From: an uncultured virus (IMG/VR IMGVR_UViG_3300043775_003095)
Lineage: Duplodnaviria; Heunggongvirae; Uroviricota; Caudoviricetes
DNA length: 20,000 nucleotides
IMG/VR virus record: IMGVR_UViG_3300043775_003095
Location: 52,962 to 72,961 of that record
Direction: 5' to 3' (one strand)
The notes beneath the pieces were generated by a model. It worked only from the letters and a program-made list of their open reading frames with translations, had not been told where the DNA came from and ran no database searches. Below, piece after piece: positions 7,458 through 16,129 of this stretch. Position 1 is the first letter of the stretch. Every line of letters starts with the position of its first letter. The translations under genes and the position numbers were made by a program.

Positions 7458-8299
7458 TTATTTTCAACAATCTCAAAAGACTTAAACATATTTCCATCGC
7501 GAAGATCATCGTTGATATAAACTGCTTCTGTTAGAAGCCATAACTGAATACCATTTTCTTCGCAATAATTTAATAGTGCTGCGGTATCTTTCGGAAAGCA
7601 AGATCCACCAAATCCAAGTTTACCATCAGGTCCTGGAACTCTCCAGTGAGTGTGACCCAAACGTTTATCCAGAACAGCGAGTTCAGAGATCTTGTTATAA
7701 TCAACATCAATTGAATCACACAAAGTTTTAAATTCGTTTGCAAAGGTGACTTTAGTTGCCAAGAAACAGTTTGCAAGATATTTAAAGAGTTCTGCTTCTT
7801 TTGTCGTTCTTTGAATCACATGCGCAACATTATCAACTTTGCTATTAAATTCATAATAAAGCTGAGTCATGACTGTTGCGATACCTGGATCATCTGCTCC
7901 AATCACAATGAGTGGTTGAGTTCGAAAATCATTATATGCCTTTGCTTCTGTCAAAAACTCTGGATTAAATCCGATCGTCATCTGAAAATCAGATGCAAGA
8001 CGTTCAGTTGTTCCTGGAGTTACAGTTGACTTAATGACAACATACTTGCGGCGATCAACTTGAGCAATGTCGTCAATCACAGAACCAACAATGCTGATGT
8101 CGCATGAACCATCTTGTCTACTTGGTGTTGGAACGCAAACAAAAATAATGTCGGATTTATCAACAAATTCTCGAAATGTTGCAACAGTGCGTTTTGTTTC
8201 ATCCGTATCCCAAACCAGTGTATTGAAAACATCTTTAAAATTTTCATACATGGCACCACCAACAAATCCTTTACCAATAATTCCCACAGTGTAACTCAT
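7454..8299 (-). CDS. UDP-glucose/GDP-mannose 6-dehydrogenase family protein (short form)
   Basis: GKGFVG Rossmann motif, VCVPTP, IKSTV.PGTT, NPEFL, KYLAN, GFGGSCFPKD with catalytic Cys. Confidence 0.9.
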   Translation of the reverse strand: MSYTVGIIGKGFVGGAMYENFKDVFNTLVWDTDETKRTVATFREFVDKSDIIFVCVPTPSRQDGSCDISIVGSVIDDIAQVDRRKYVVIKSTVTPGTTERLASDFQMTIGFNPEFLTEAKAYNDFRTQPLIVIGADDPGIATVMTQLYYEFNSKVDNVAHVIQRTTKEAELFKYLANCFLATKVTFANEFKTLCDSIDVDYNKISELAVLDKRLGHTHWRVPGPDGKLGFGGSCFPKDTAALLNYCEENGIQLWLLTEAVYINDDLRDGNMFKSFEIVENK

Positions 8300-8919
8300 G
8301 TTGATTCCTCAGTTTTTTTATATAATTTAAAAGCCATTGAAATTCGCATTCCGCTAAAATCTTTAGTTGGACCAAATGCAAAGTGAATTATGTTTGCTGG
8401 AAAGAATACGCACAAATTTGGCATTGGAAACACTGTTACATGTTTACTTTTATCCAGCACTATGGTTTCATTTGTATCAGGATCAATGTAGCGATCGAAT
8501 GCAACGAACTGCCCGCCCCATCTAAAATCCCAATATGGGTTTAGAAACCAAATGAATGTGTATGCATTTTCAATTTCACTATCGAAATGCGGATCTCCAT
8601 CTTGACACGCAGTTTGTCCGTTCAGCAATAAATGATTTAATTCTAAAGTTGGTTCGCCTGTAATTTCTCTGATACGATTTAAACATACCGTATTGAAAAA
8701 TTCTTCTTTGTGCCACATTCTACCTGCACCCCAAAATCGACGGATAGTGGGTGAGTATGATTCAATATTTGGAGAAACCCAATCATTATCAATGCCATCT
8801 TTTTGATTGCTTTGATTAGATTTCCATCTCGCCTTTGAAACCCAAGACATCCCCTCATTAAATTCTTCTTGAGAAAATGCGTTTTCGTAAATTTTAACTT
8901 GATCTAATACTGTCTTCAT
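8296..8919 (-). CDS. 2OG-Fe(II) oxygenase (prolyl-hydroxylase-like)
   Basis: PHFD, WGGQF, IIHF, RISMAFK. Confidence 0.85.
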   Translation of the reverse strand: MKTVLDQVKIYENAFSQEEFNEGMSWVSKARWKSNQSNQKDGIDNDWVSPNIESYSPTIRRFWGAGRMWHKEEFFNTVCLNRIREITGEPTLELNHLLLNGQTACQDGDPHFDSEIENAYTFIWFLNPYWDFRWGGQFVAFDRYIDPDTNETIVLDKSKHVTVFPMPNLCVFFPANIIHFAFGPTKDFSGMRISMAFKLYKKTEEST

Positions 8920-9515
8920 TTTTTATAAATGTTTCCCGCAATAGAAATCCTCTCACCATCACTTGTTCTAAATGGATAAACGCAATGAATAAGTGTGGAT
9001 GGAAACATCATAATAGTGCCTTCATGATTCTTATCTACGAATATAGCCTCATTTCTTATTGTACCGTCAAGTGTTGCATAAGTGAAGTCAAAACACGAAT
9101 TTTTCGAAGAATAGTTTGGATTGTTATAAGAAGAATAATTCATTTCTTCTTCAATATCATATGGAATTTGCATCCAAACAACAAACACAGCAAGTGCTCC
9201 AGGGTGAGAGTGATTTGGATTGAACTCGCCTTTCTTCATGTAATTAGTCCAAACAGGACCAATTGAATATTCTGCAACCTCTGTGCAGTATGTTGTTCTC
9301 CATTCTTCATACATTTCTGAAATATATTGTATAAATTCTGGCACATAAGGTGTTGCAAACTCATCATCAATACTGCCAACAAGATCATGACTTAATGAGT
9401 TTGATCTGGCTTCTTCACTATGCACAACTCTCAGCATCGTTTCATATAACGGCTGAGGAAGTTTACCAAGAAGAATTCCTGGATTATAGAGTTTTGGTAT
9501 CGTGAATTTACTCAT
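8916..9515 (-). CDS. 2OG-Fe(II) oxygenase-like protein (HxH type)
   Basis: WTNY, NPNHSH, FPSTLIHCVYPF, RISIAGN. Confidence 0.85.
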   Translation of the reverse strand: MSKFTIPKLYNPGILLGKLPQPLYETMLRVVHSEEARSNSLSHDLVGSIDDEFATPYVPEFIQYISEMYEEWRTTYCTEVAEYSIGPVWTNYMKKGEFNPNHSHPGALAVFVVWMQIPYDIEEEMNYSSYNNPNYSSKNSCFDFTYATLDGTIRNEAIFVDKNHEGTIMMFPSTLIHCVYPFRTSDGERISIAGNIYKK

Positions 9516-9518
9516 TTA

Positions 9519-10058
9519 TTATGCTGTTGCAATATATCCGCAAATTGCGATTCGCTCTTCTCGTTCTTCGACTCTAGGGAAAACAGAATATGAGATTCCT
9601 GCAGGAAACATGATCATGGTTCCTTGATATGATTTATCAATTTCAATTGGATTATTACAGATTGATCCATTGTATTGAGAATAAGTCAATACAAGTTTTT
9701 CTCCTTTATCTGGAATCTGAATCCAAAGAATAAATGATACTGCTGAACCTTTATGTGATTCTAAAGAAACATAGTCATTCTTATTCAGAATCTGAGACCA
9801 AACCTGCAAATCCATTACAGTGTATTCAACTTCGAATGCTTTGCACCAATTTGAATACATGTCTTGCAAATAGTCATTTAAACCATCATTAAATGGTAAG
9901 TGATACTTAAATGAGGTATTTTCTAGTGGCGTCTCTTTGGCAGTTGGGAGTGTGTAGAAACTCATTAATTCTCTGAAAAGAGTTTCTGGAATTTTCCCAG
10001 AAATCATTCCAGGATTAAAAACATAAGGATAGTTGTATTCGTTCATTTTATACTCCAT
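9519..10058 (-). CDS. Degenerate 2OG-Fe(II) oxygenase-like paralogue of 8916..9515
   Basis: NPGMISGKIP, WIQIP, GTMIMFP, ERIAICG align by eye with the neighbour; metal-ligand His residues are substituted. Confidence 0.75.
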   Translation of the reverse strand: MEYKMNEYNYPYVFNPGMISGKIPETLFRELMSFYTLPTAKETPLENTSFKYHLPFNDGLNDYLQDMYSNWCKAFEVEYTVMDLQVWSQILNKNDYVSLESHKGSAVSFILWIQIPDKGEKLVLTYSQYNGSICNNPIEIDKSYQGTMIMFPAGISYSVFPRVEEREERIAICGYIATA

Positions 10059-10732
10059 TAAATCGGAATCCAGTGGTTTTTATAACCAACCAACTGATTT
10101 TGGGGATCATTACACAAAGCCTCTGCTAATTTTTGAGGACCATTTAAAACAATGTTTTGTTCTGGAACGATATCAAAGGCAATCGTGATTCTTGGATGCG
10201 AAAAGGACCATGCGGAACTTCTATGCGCATCGCCATCACTAATACCCATAACAATCAATCCATCTTTACTTTCTACGTCAATGATATTCTCAACACCTTT
10301 CCATTTGTATGATGTTTTAGAATTTGGTTCAGTATCAACGCAAACAAAACCATGCCACGCTTTTGGAAAATGCTCAGGTCGATTCATATTCCAATCATGA
10401 TTGTGCCAATCAATAAAATCGTCTTTGAAATAAAAATTCAACCAACACTGAATGAACCAGTTATGATTTTCAGGAGGATCAGAATACAAATTTAATGAGT
10501 TATAGAACATTTTCTGAATTTCGAAATATAAACTTCGAATCTCAGGAAATGGATACATTAAAAAGTTATATTTCTGAAAAATACTTTCATGAAGACCAAT
10601 GTTCCCATTGTATTGATCGCCGTCATTGAAGTTGGAAAGTATGATTTCATACATTGCATGACATGTTTGTTTCAATTCAGGAATGTTTAAATTTGTATGA
10701 TCAGTATACAATCCACGAACATATTCTTTCAT
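10058..10732 (-). CDS. 2OG-Fe(II) oxygenase-like protein (HxH type)
   Basis: CWLN, WHNH, DAHRS, RITIAFDI. Confidence 0.75.
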   Translation of the reverse strand: MKEYVRGLYTDHTNLNIPELKQTCHAMYEIILSNFNDGDQYNGNIGLHESIFQKYNFLMYPFPEIRSLYFEIQKMFYNSLNLYSDPPENHNWFIQCWLNFYFKDDFIDWHNHDWNMNRPEHFPKAWHGFVCVDTEPNSKTSYKWKGVENIIDVESKDGLIVMGISDGDAHRSSAWSFSHPRITIAFDIVPEQNIVLNGPQKLAEALCNDPQNQLVGYKNHWIPI

Positions 10733-10735
10733 AAA

Positions 10736-11257
10736 TCACCATATGTTTTCAGATCCAAACGACAATCCTGCTCTTGGCGTCATTGGTTTTGTATCATGCC
10801 ACATACCTCGAGGAACATAAACAAGTTCTCCAGGTTCTAGCACCTTTTCAAAATTACGATATCTTCCTTCTATTTTCCATAAAGTATAACCAGTCATCTG
10901 CCAACACCATACATCCATTACATCACTATGACGTCCATAAGTGGCAGATTCTGTGCTTAAACTTATATATGTGAGTGCCGTGAAGTGTTGGCGATCTCTG
11001 TGATGAGATTTACTCACTGCTTCTAAAAACTTACCAACAATAGGAATCTGTTGCGATTGATGCAGTACAAATCCTAATCTGTCTTGATACTTGAAGATTT
11101 CTTTATCGTTATTATATAAATGAATTTTGTATTCGCGATCAAACTCTTGTAATATATCTACCCAATCTGGAGTTGGAACAGAAAGTTTTCCGAAGTGATA
11201 ATAATCTTCGTTATTTCTGGCATTCAAATAATCCGAATGTTGTAAAAAATCAAACAT
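10736..11257 (-). CDS. JmjC/cupin-domain protein, 173 aa
   Basis: HSD..DV..WQ..G, LEPGELVYVPRGMWH; start moved to ATG 11257 because the track's start lies inside tRNA-Leu. Confidence 0.8.
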   Translation of the reverse strand: MFDFLQHSDYLNARNNEDYYHFGKLSVPTPDWVDILQEFDREYKIHLYNNDKEIFKYQDRLGFVLHQSQQIPIVGKFLEAVSKSHHRDRQHFTALTYISLSTESATYGRHSDVMDVWCWQMTGYTLWKIEGRYRNFEKVLEPGELVYVPRGMWHDTKPMTPRAGLSFGSENIW

Positions 11258-11270
11258 ATCAGCACCAAAT

Positions 11271-11354
11271 TGGTGCCCACAGAGGGACTCGAACCCCCAC
11301 GCTTTTGGCACTGGCTTCTAAGACCAGGGTGTCTACCAATTCCACCATGTGGGC
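11271..11354 (-). tRNA. tRNA-Leu(TAG)
   Basis: Anticodon arm CTGGT-CTTAGAA-GCCAG, long variable arm, CCA. Confidence 0.93.
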
Positions 11355-11355
11355 A

Positions 11356-11901
11356 TTATATTTCTTTCAAATGATATGCGATTGTGTACCTCATCTCATA
11401 AAAATCTCTACTTGGAGAACTTCCAAAGTGGACCATATTTGACGGAAAAAATACTGCAGTGTTCGGTATCGGATATACACTGTAAACACTATCGCTATTC
11501 ATCACTTCTTCTGAATCTTCGTACCTATATCTATCAAAAAAGATTGTTTGACCGCCCCATTGATAGTCCCATGTTTTATTCGCGTAAAGAATAAAAGTGT
11601 AAGTATCTGTTGATTCACTATCAACATGAGGAGCACCATCTTGTAATGTTGATTGAGCGTTGGCAAGTATGCTTGTTGTGATAAATTTTTTTCCTGTTAA
11701 CTCCTCAACAACGGAAAACACTTTCTTATTGAAGAAAGGTTCATCATCTAAACGCATCCCCCAAAATACTTTATGAGGACTATATTTGGGATCACTAACG
11801 CTCAACGCCCATTTGGGTTGTCTGAGATAACGATCGAGAATATCAAACGTCTCGGTATCTAAAACATCTTTGTATTGTTTAATTTTTTGTATGAATTCCA
11901 T
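11356..11901 (-). CDS. 2OG-Fe(II) oxygenase (prolyl-hydroxylase-like)
   Basis: PHVD, WGGQTIF, MVHF, RYTIAY. Confidence 0.85.
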   Translation of the reverse strand: MEFIQKIKQYKDVLDTETFDILDRYLRQPKWALSVSDPKYSPHKVFWGMRLDDEPFFNKKVFSVVEELTGKKFITTSILANAQSTLQDGAPHVDSESTDTYTFILYANKTWDYQWGGQTIFFDRYRYEDSEEVMNSDSVYSVYPIPNTAVFFPSNMVHFGSSPSRDFYEMRYTIAYHLKEI

Positions 11902-11907
11902 AATTTT

Positions 11908-11997
11908 TGGCGGAAGGGGTGAGATTCGAACTCACGGTGAGGTTGCCCCCACGTCTGATTTCAAGTCAGGTGCCGTAAACCGCTTGGCTACCCTTCC
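11908..11997 (-). tRNA. tRNA-Ser(TGA)
   Basis: Loop CTTGAAA, long variable arm, G73, CCA. Confidence 0.93.
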
Positions 11998-12000
11998 GAA

Positions 12001-12360
12001 TTATTTCCTCAAACTGTGTCGAGTTGGTCTCCCATTTTCATCGACACAAACAAAAACCATTTCTTCTATATTAACTATAATTCGTTGTGAAGTCAAGTCG
12101 CGCACTTGCACTTCTAGAGTGATACTAGTGCTTCCAACTTTCTTCAACGCAACTCCAATTTCAACAACATCACCCTGACGAGCAGGAGCAACAAAGTTGA
12201 TCTCTGAAATACTCTTGGTCACAACACGTTTATGACGAGTTTCGATTGCAGCATATATAGCGGCTTCTTCGTCAATCCACTCCAAGCATCTTCCACCGAA
12301 CAACGTATCATTCGCGTTCAGATCTTCAGGCTTAACCAACTTCCTTGTTAGAAATCTCAT
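12001..12360 (-). CDS. Hotdog-fold acyl-CoA thioesterase (YciA-like)
   Basis: PEDLN..TLFGG..L.WIDE, INF.AP..GD, FVCVDENGRP. Confidence 0.88.
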   Translation of the reverse strand: MRFLTRKLVKPEDLNANDTLFGGRCLEWIDEEAAIYAAIETRHKRVVTKSISEINFVAPARQGDVVEIGVALKKVGSTSITLEVQVRDLTSQRIIVNIEEMVFVCVDENGRPTRHSLRK

Positions 12361-12679
12361 TTGTCACCTTATTATACTCTTTCTGTATGAAAATATCAAG
12401 TGCCTCTACGATCTTGTCAATTCTATAAAATTGATTGTTCTTGGCTGCTTCTCGCGTGTGATTATTTAGATATGCTAAATCAAACAAAAGATTCTCAACA
12501 GTTGTTTCATTATTTCGCACACGTCGCAAGATTTCGCGATATATGTAAGCATTCTGAATCACTTGTTTATCGTGAGGAATGCCAGAAGATGATGCGCCTT
12601 TATTTTCTAGAGCATCACAAAGCATATCCACATGCGGCTGCAGATCTTCAAATCGTAATTGTTTTCCTGAACTTGACAT
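12332..12679 (-). CDS. Hypothetical protein
   Basis: 115 aa ORF packed in the operon. Confidence 0.6.
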   Translation of the reverse strand: MSSSGKQLRFEDLQPHVDMLCDALENKGASSSGIPHDKQVIQNAYIYREILRRVRNNETTVENLLFDLAYLNNHTREAAKNNQFYRIDKIVEALDIFIQKEYNKVTNEISNKEVG

Positions 12680-12680
12680 A

Positions 12681-13427
12681 TTATTTTATCAACACATAAG
12701 CATAGTATAAATGCGCACGACTCTTGTAATGCTTGGCTTTATTTAAAAGCATTACTGTTAAAAAATGATATGCGCTTTCAGGAGGAATTTTATTCTCTCG
12801 TATATGTTGATGAATCTTTCGCATTGAGTGTATGCAGGAATCATAAACATTCTGCACAATATCAATCTTTTCAACTACTCTAAAATATTTCAGAGCATGT
12901 TTCTCGTAAGGTTTAATCAACTCAGGTCTGTATGCATCGATGTACAGAAACGTTCCTTCTGATTTTAAAACTCGATGAACAGAGGAAAAGAATCCCTCTA
13001 TATTTCTGTAGCAATGAGATGATTCAACATTTATAACACAATCGAAAGAATTCGATTCATATTTCGATAATGTTTGAGCATCATCAACTTCAAAATGAAT
13101 ACTTGAATGCGACTTGCGGCAAAAATCAATTGCCTTCTCTTCTAAATCACAGGCATGAACTTCTGCGAAATTATAAGCAGTTTTTATTAGATTAGCGCCA
13201 CCACCACGACCACAACCAACTTCTAAAATTTTTTTGCTTTCAGGATTTGAAATTCGATCTAAGAAATGACAATATAGACTTCCTGAAGAATCTAGAAATA
13301 GATGCGACGCTTTCTCATGAATTGGGTAATATCCATGATTCATGAAAGAAATATTTAAATCATCACCAAGCAATCCTGCAATTTTATCGTATGTGTCATA
13401 CTTTGCAAGTATTCCATTATATTTCAT
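12681..13427 (-). CDS. Class I SAM-dependent methyltransferase
   Basis: FMNHGY, ILEVGCGRGGG, FDCVINVESSHCY. Confidence 0.88.
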   Translation of the reverse strand: MKYNGILAKYDTYDKIAGLLGDDLNISFMNHGYYPIHEKASHLFLDSSGSLYCHFLDRISNPESKKILEVGCGRGGGANLIKTAYNFAEVHACDLEEKAIDFCRKSHSSIHFEVDDAQTLSKYESNSFDCVINVESSHCYRNIEGFFSSVHRVLKSEGTFLYIDAYRPELIKPYEKHALKYFRVVEKIDIVQNVYDSCIHSMRKIHQHIRENKIPPESAYHFLTVMLLNKAKHYKSRAHLYYAYVLIK

Positions 13428-13444
13428 AACAAATTAATTACTTT

Positions 13445-13774
13445 TTATGTCCACGGAAGCGGTTTTCGAGAAGTGCCGTCAATCAATCTTCCTTCAAGAG
13501 TTTCTTGGAGAAGGTTTTGCAATAATAGTTGCTCTTCTTCTAGATTTAAAGTTGATGTGATCCAAGTCAAGACATTAGACTCAGTTAAATCGTTATAGGC
13601 AACAAAGTTAGATGGATCTGCAGATGGCAAATCAAAAACATAAAGTCTAGAAAATTCTTTTCCAGCATCATCGTGAATTGTATATTTTGCACGAACTGTC
13701 TTTATGACATCACTCAACTCACCCTCAGATGGGGCTGTAATCATTTCTATAATTTTCCAAGTAAATGTTGGCAT
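13445..13774 (-). CDS. Conserved-type phage hypothetical protein (resembles small tail-fibre-associated proteins ending in LPW)
   Basis: FTWKI..., FVAYNDLTE..VL.WI, C-terminal PLPW; AGGAG RBS. Confidence 0.65.
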   Translation of the reverse strand: MPTFTWKIIEMITAPSEGELSDVIKTVRAKYTIHDDAGKEFSRLYVFDLPSADPSNFVAYNDLTESNVLTWITSTLNLEEEQLLLQNLLQETLEGRLIDGTSRKPLPWT

Positions 13775-13801
13775 TTAAATGCTCCTAAAAAACTTATATA
13801 G

Positions 13802-14794
13802 TTAATTGAATGTGGCGAGGTGACAATTTTTACATATCTCGCTGTATGCCTGAAGAACCGTCTTTGCTCGTTTCTCACCCAACCAAACCTCTCTAATTGA
13901 TTGTGTTTTTAAATCACCAAATTTATAATCGAAGTGATAATCGTTACAGCATAAGAAAGTATGTCCTGCAGAATTCACATTGAGCCATTCTTTAGAACGA
14001 TCGCCACCATTATTGCAACCAGTAACTCGTTGAGTTTTTCTCAATTGTTTGATCCATGGCTTATTTGTAACGATATGATCAATTGTTCCAGCACGATCAT
14101 AAAGATAATTCTTATGAACGTTGGTTTTAGGAAACATCTTTTTGCCAAGATTAAATTGAGTTTCATGCTCGCCATGTTTTGAGTTTAAATCATATTGGTG
14201 CGATTCAAACTGCTCTCCTGTTGCAATGTATCCACCAGAAATTGGTTCTTGGTCGATTCCATTCACACCAATTTGAAGTTCGTCTCCTAGATGTTGTAAT
14301 TGCTCTTGAGCATAATTTAAATTTTCCATCAGACGATCAAAATGATCTTCTGTGAATCCTGTTCGTTTTGCCCAGAGAGATTTTTCGAATGCAGGAACAT
14401 TTAAACCAACATGAATGACCACATCTTTATATTCTTTTATGAGATCAACTTTTTGCTTTGATAGTGGAATTCCATTACTTAAAACATAACATTTGAATGA
14501 ATACTTTCTCAATAGCGCGAGCAATTCATCAAAATGCTTGTACAAAAGAATTTCGTTATAGTGAGAGAGTGTCACCAGATTGAATAATGAATGAACAATG
14601 CCATCTGGTTTATTCTTTTCTTCGTAGATTTCTGACAGAATTTTATCTACTAGTTCGATTGGCATGACCCCAGAACCTTCTTCGGGTTGGGGAAAATATT
14701 TAACTGGACAAAACCAACATTTTGCGTTACAATATCCGAATGGATCTAATTGTAGAAATTTGATTTTGGTTTTGGCGAGGACATCAGAGAGCAT
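13802..14794 (-). CDS. Radical SAM protein with C-terminal SPASM/twitch-like domain
   Basis: CNAKCWFC (CxxxCxxC), SNG, C-terminal C...CCND...CKNC; AAGGA precedes ATG 14794. Confidence 0.88.
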   Translation of the reverse strand: MLSDVLAKTKIKFLQLDPFGYCNAKCWFCPVKYFPQPEEGSGVMPIELVDKILSEIYEEKNKPDGIVHSLFNLVTLSHYNEILLYKHFDELLALLRKYSFKCYVLSNGIPLSKQKVDLIKEYKDVVIHVGLNVPAFEKSLWAKRTGFTEDHFDRLMENLNYAQEQLQHLGDELQIGVNGIDQEPISGGYIATGEQFESHQYDLNSKHGEHETQFNLGKKMFPKTNVHKNYLYDRAGTIDHIVTNKPWIKQLRKTQRVTGCNNGGDRSKEWLNVNSAGHTFLCCNDYHFDYKFGDLKTQSIREVWLGEKRAKTVLQAYSEICKNCHLATFN

Positions 14795-14852
14795 ATATGT
14801 TTCCTTTTTTGTGAGAAACAACTCACAACAACTCTATATAGTCCTTTAATAA

Positions 14853-14928
14853 TGGCACGCTCGGCAGGAATCGAACCTGCGACCTACTGCTTAGAAGGCA
14901 GTTGTTCTATCCCCTGAACTACGAGCGC
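14853..14928 (-). tRNA. tRNA-Arg(TCT)
   Basis: ACTGC-CTTCTAA-GCAGT; CCA. Confidence 0.95.
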
Positions 14929-14932
14929 AAAA

Positions 14933-15006
14933 TGGAGCGGGATGAGAGAATCGAACTCTCGACCGAAGATTGGAAATCTGCTGTTTTACCATTAAACTAA
15001 TCCCGC
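14933..15006 (-). tRNA. tRNA-Gly(TCC)
   Basis: Loop TTTCCAA, U73, CCA. Confidence 0.93.
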
Positions 15007-15009
15007 ATC

Positions 15010-15094
15010 TGGTGCGACTGGTCGGACTCGAACCGACAAGGCTAATGCCGACAGATTTTAAGTCTGTTGAGTTTACCGATTTCTCCACAGTCGC
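15010..15094 (-). tRNA. tRNA-Leu(TAA)
   Basis: ACAGA-CTTAAAA-TCTGT, variable arm, CCA. Confidence 0.95.
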
Positions 15095-15100
15095 AAATCA

Positions 15101-15673
15101 TTATTCTTTTAGCGACTGCATAATATCATTGAAAACTTGACCCTGCTTATCAGAAACAAGATCCCAAATATTATCAGACCAGAGATCCCAATATCGATCA
15201 CTGTCAGTTTCTTCATTGAGTTCAGCAAGTTCAGGAACGGCTTCTTTCATCATTTCCTCAATCTCACCTTCTTCGCCCCATTCACAACCATCAATCATAC
15301 CATCTTTGTTGTAAACATATACACCAAAGAAGTTGGGCATCTCATCTTCATAAAAAACAGAAGCGATGAAATCAGGATCAACTTTGGCAATCTGTTCAAA
15401 AAGCCACTCTATGCCTTTTTGTGGAAAACTCCAAGCAGAAGTTGTGTTGAAATAATCTTCTCCGCGATCTTCGAAGTAGCACCACTTCGGACCAACGTTT
15501 TCAATATTCCAGTCGTATTGATCTGTGATTTCTTTGTCAAGACCGAAGATGTCACTGAACCATTCATATCCTTTATCTTCTGGACGAATGCGAGAGTAAA
15601 ATTCGTTTAGATATGCTTTACCTGCATCATTGAGTTTCTCGAAACGAACATGAGTATTCACATGATTAGCCAT
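15101..15673 (-). CDS. Acidic phage protein, DUF1281/YubB ferredoxin-like family (tentative)
   Basis: MANHV.., YDWNIENVGPKW, SAWSFP, YEDE motifs; GGAG RBS. Confidence 0.65.
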   Translation of the reverse strand: MANHVNTHVRFEKLNDAGKAYLNEFYSRIRPEDKGYEWFSDIFGLDKEITDQYDWNIENVGPKWCYFEDRGEDYFNTTSAWSFPQKGIEWLFEQIAKVDPDFIASVFYEDEMPNFFGVYVYNKDGMIDGCEWGEEGEIEEMMKEAVPELAELNEETDSDRYWDLWSDNIWDLVSDKQGQVFNDIMQSLKE

Positions 15674-15694
15674 AACAATCTCCAGTCATAAAAT

Positions 15695-15771
15695 TGGTCG
15701 GATATGCAAGATTCGAACTTGCGACCCCCTGCTCCCAAAGCAGGTGCACTACCAGACTGTGCTAATATCCG
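15695..15771 (-). tRNA. tRNA-Pro(TGG)
   Basis: CCTGC-TTTGGGA-GCAGG, C1:G72, CCA. Confidence 0.95.
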
Positions 15772-15783
15772 AATTGTTTATAT

Positions 15784-15812
15784 ATTCTACTATAACAAAC
15801 ATCAAAAGTAAA
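15784..15812 (-). promoter_or_regulatory. Sigma70-type promoter upstream of tRNA-Pro
   Basis: TTTACT(15812-15807)-17 bp-TAGAAT(15789-15784). Confidence 0.65.
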
Positions 15813-15815
15813 GTG

Positions 15816-16043
15816 TTACTCTACAATTTCAATCTCACTTTCTGTAACTACAGCAACTCTTGCACCACAAGGCAAGAGTGTTTTCTCATTTCCAGAATAT
15901 ACGACTTCACTTGGTCCATGAATCTTCACACGGTGACAATAAGTATTCTTCCTGCCTTCCTTGATGGTAAGCACAGGATTGTTTTCGTTGTTCTTTTTAT
16001 TTGCACGAATGACGTGCTGATTGACATGAATATATTTTTTCAT
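15816..16043 (-). CDS. Hypothetical phage protein, 75 aa (MKKYIHVNQH...)
   Basis: GGAG at 16049-16052; the track's longer start runs through a terminator. Confidence 0.75.
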   Translation of the reverse strand: MKKYIHVNQHVIRANKKNNENNPVLTIKEGRKNTYCHRVKIHGPSEVVYSGNEKTLLPCGARVAVVTESEIEIVE

Positions 16044-16052
16044 CATCACTCC

Positions 16053-16081
16053 AAAAAAAGAGGGAGCACTTGGCTCCCTCT
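16053..16081 (-). terminator. Rho-independent terminator
   Basis: AGAGGGAGC-CAAGT-GCTCCCTCT-TTTTTT. Confidence 0.85.
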
Positions 16082-16129
16082 CTATCATATATTAAAACAG
16101 GCGTCGAAACAAACTTCGAACACCCGTTA

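Noticed and set aside
11908..11997. Possible Sec/opal-suppressor tRNA or genetic-code reassignment
   Set aside because: The anticodon is UGA (reads UCA, Ser), not UCA; no CUA/UUA/UCA anticodon was found, and genes pack tightly under the standard code
12371..12399. TTGATA-17-TATAAT promoter-like match
   Set aside because: Lies inside a CDS and abuts the RBS of the next gene, leaving almost no leader; may be chance in AT-rich DNA
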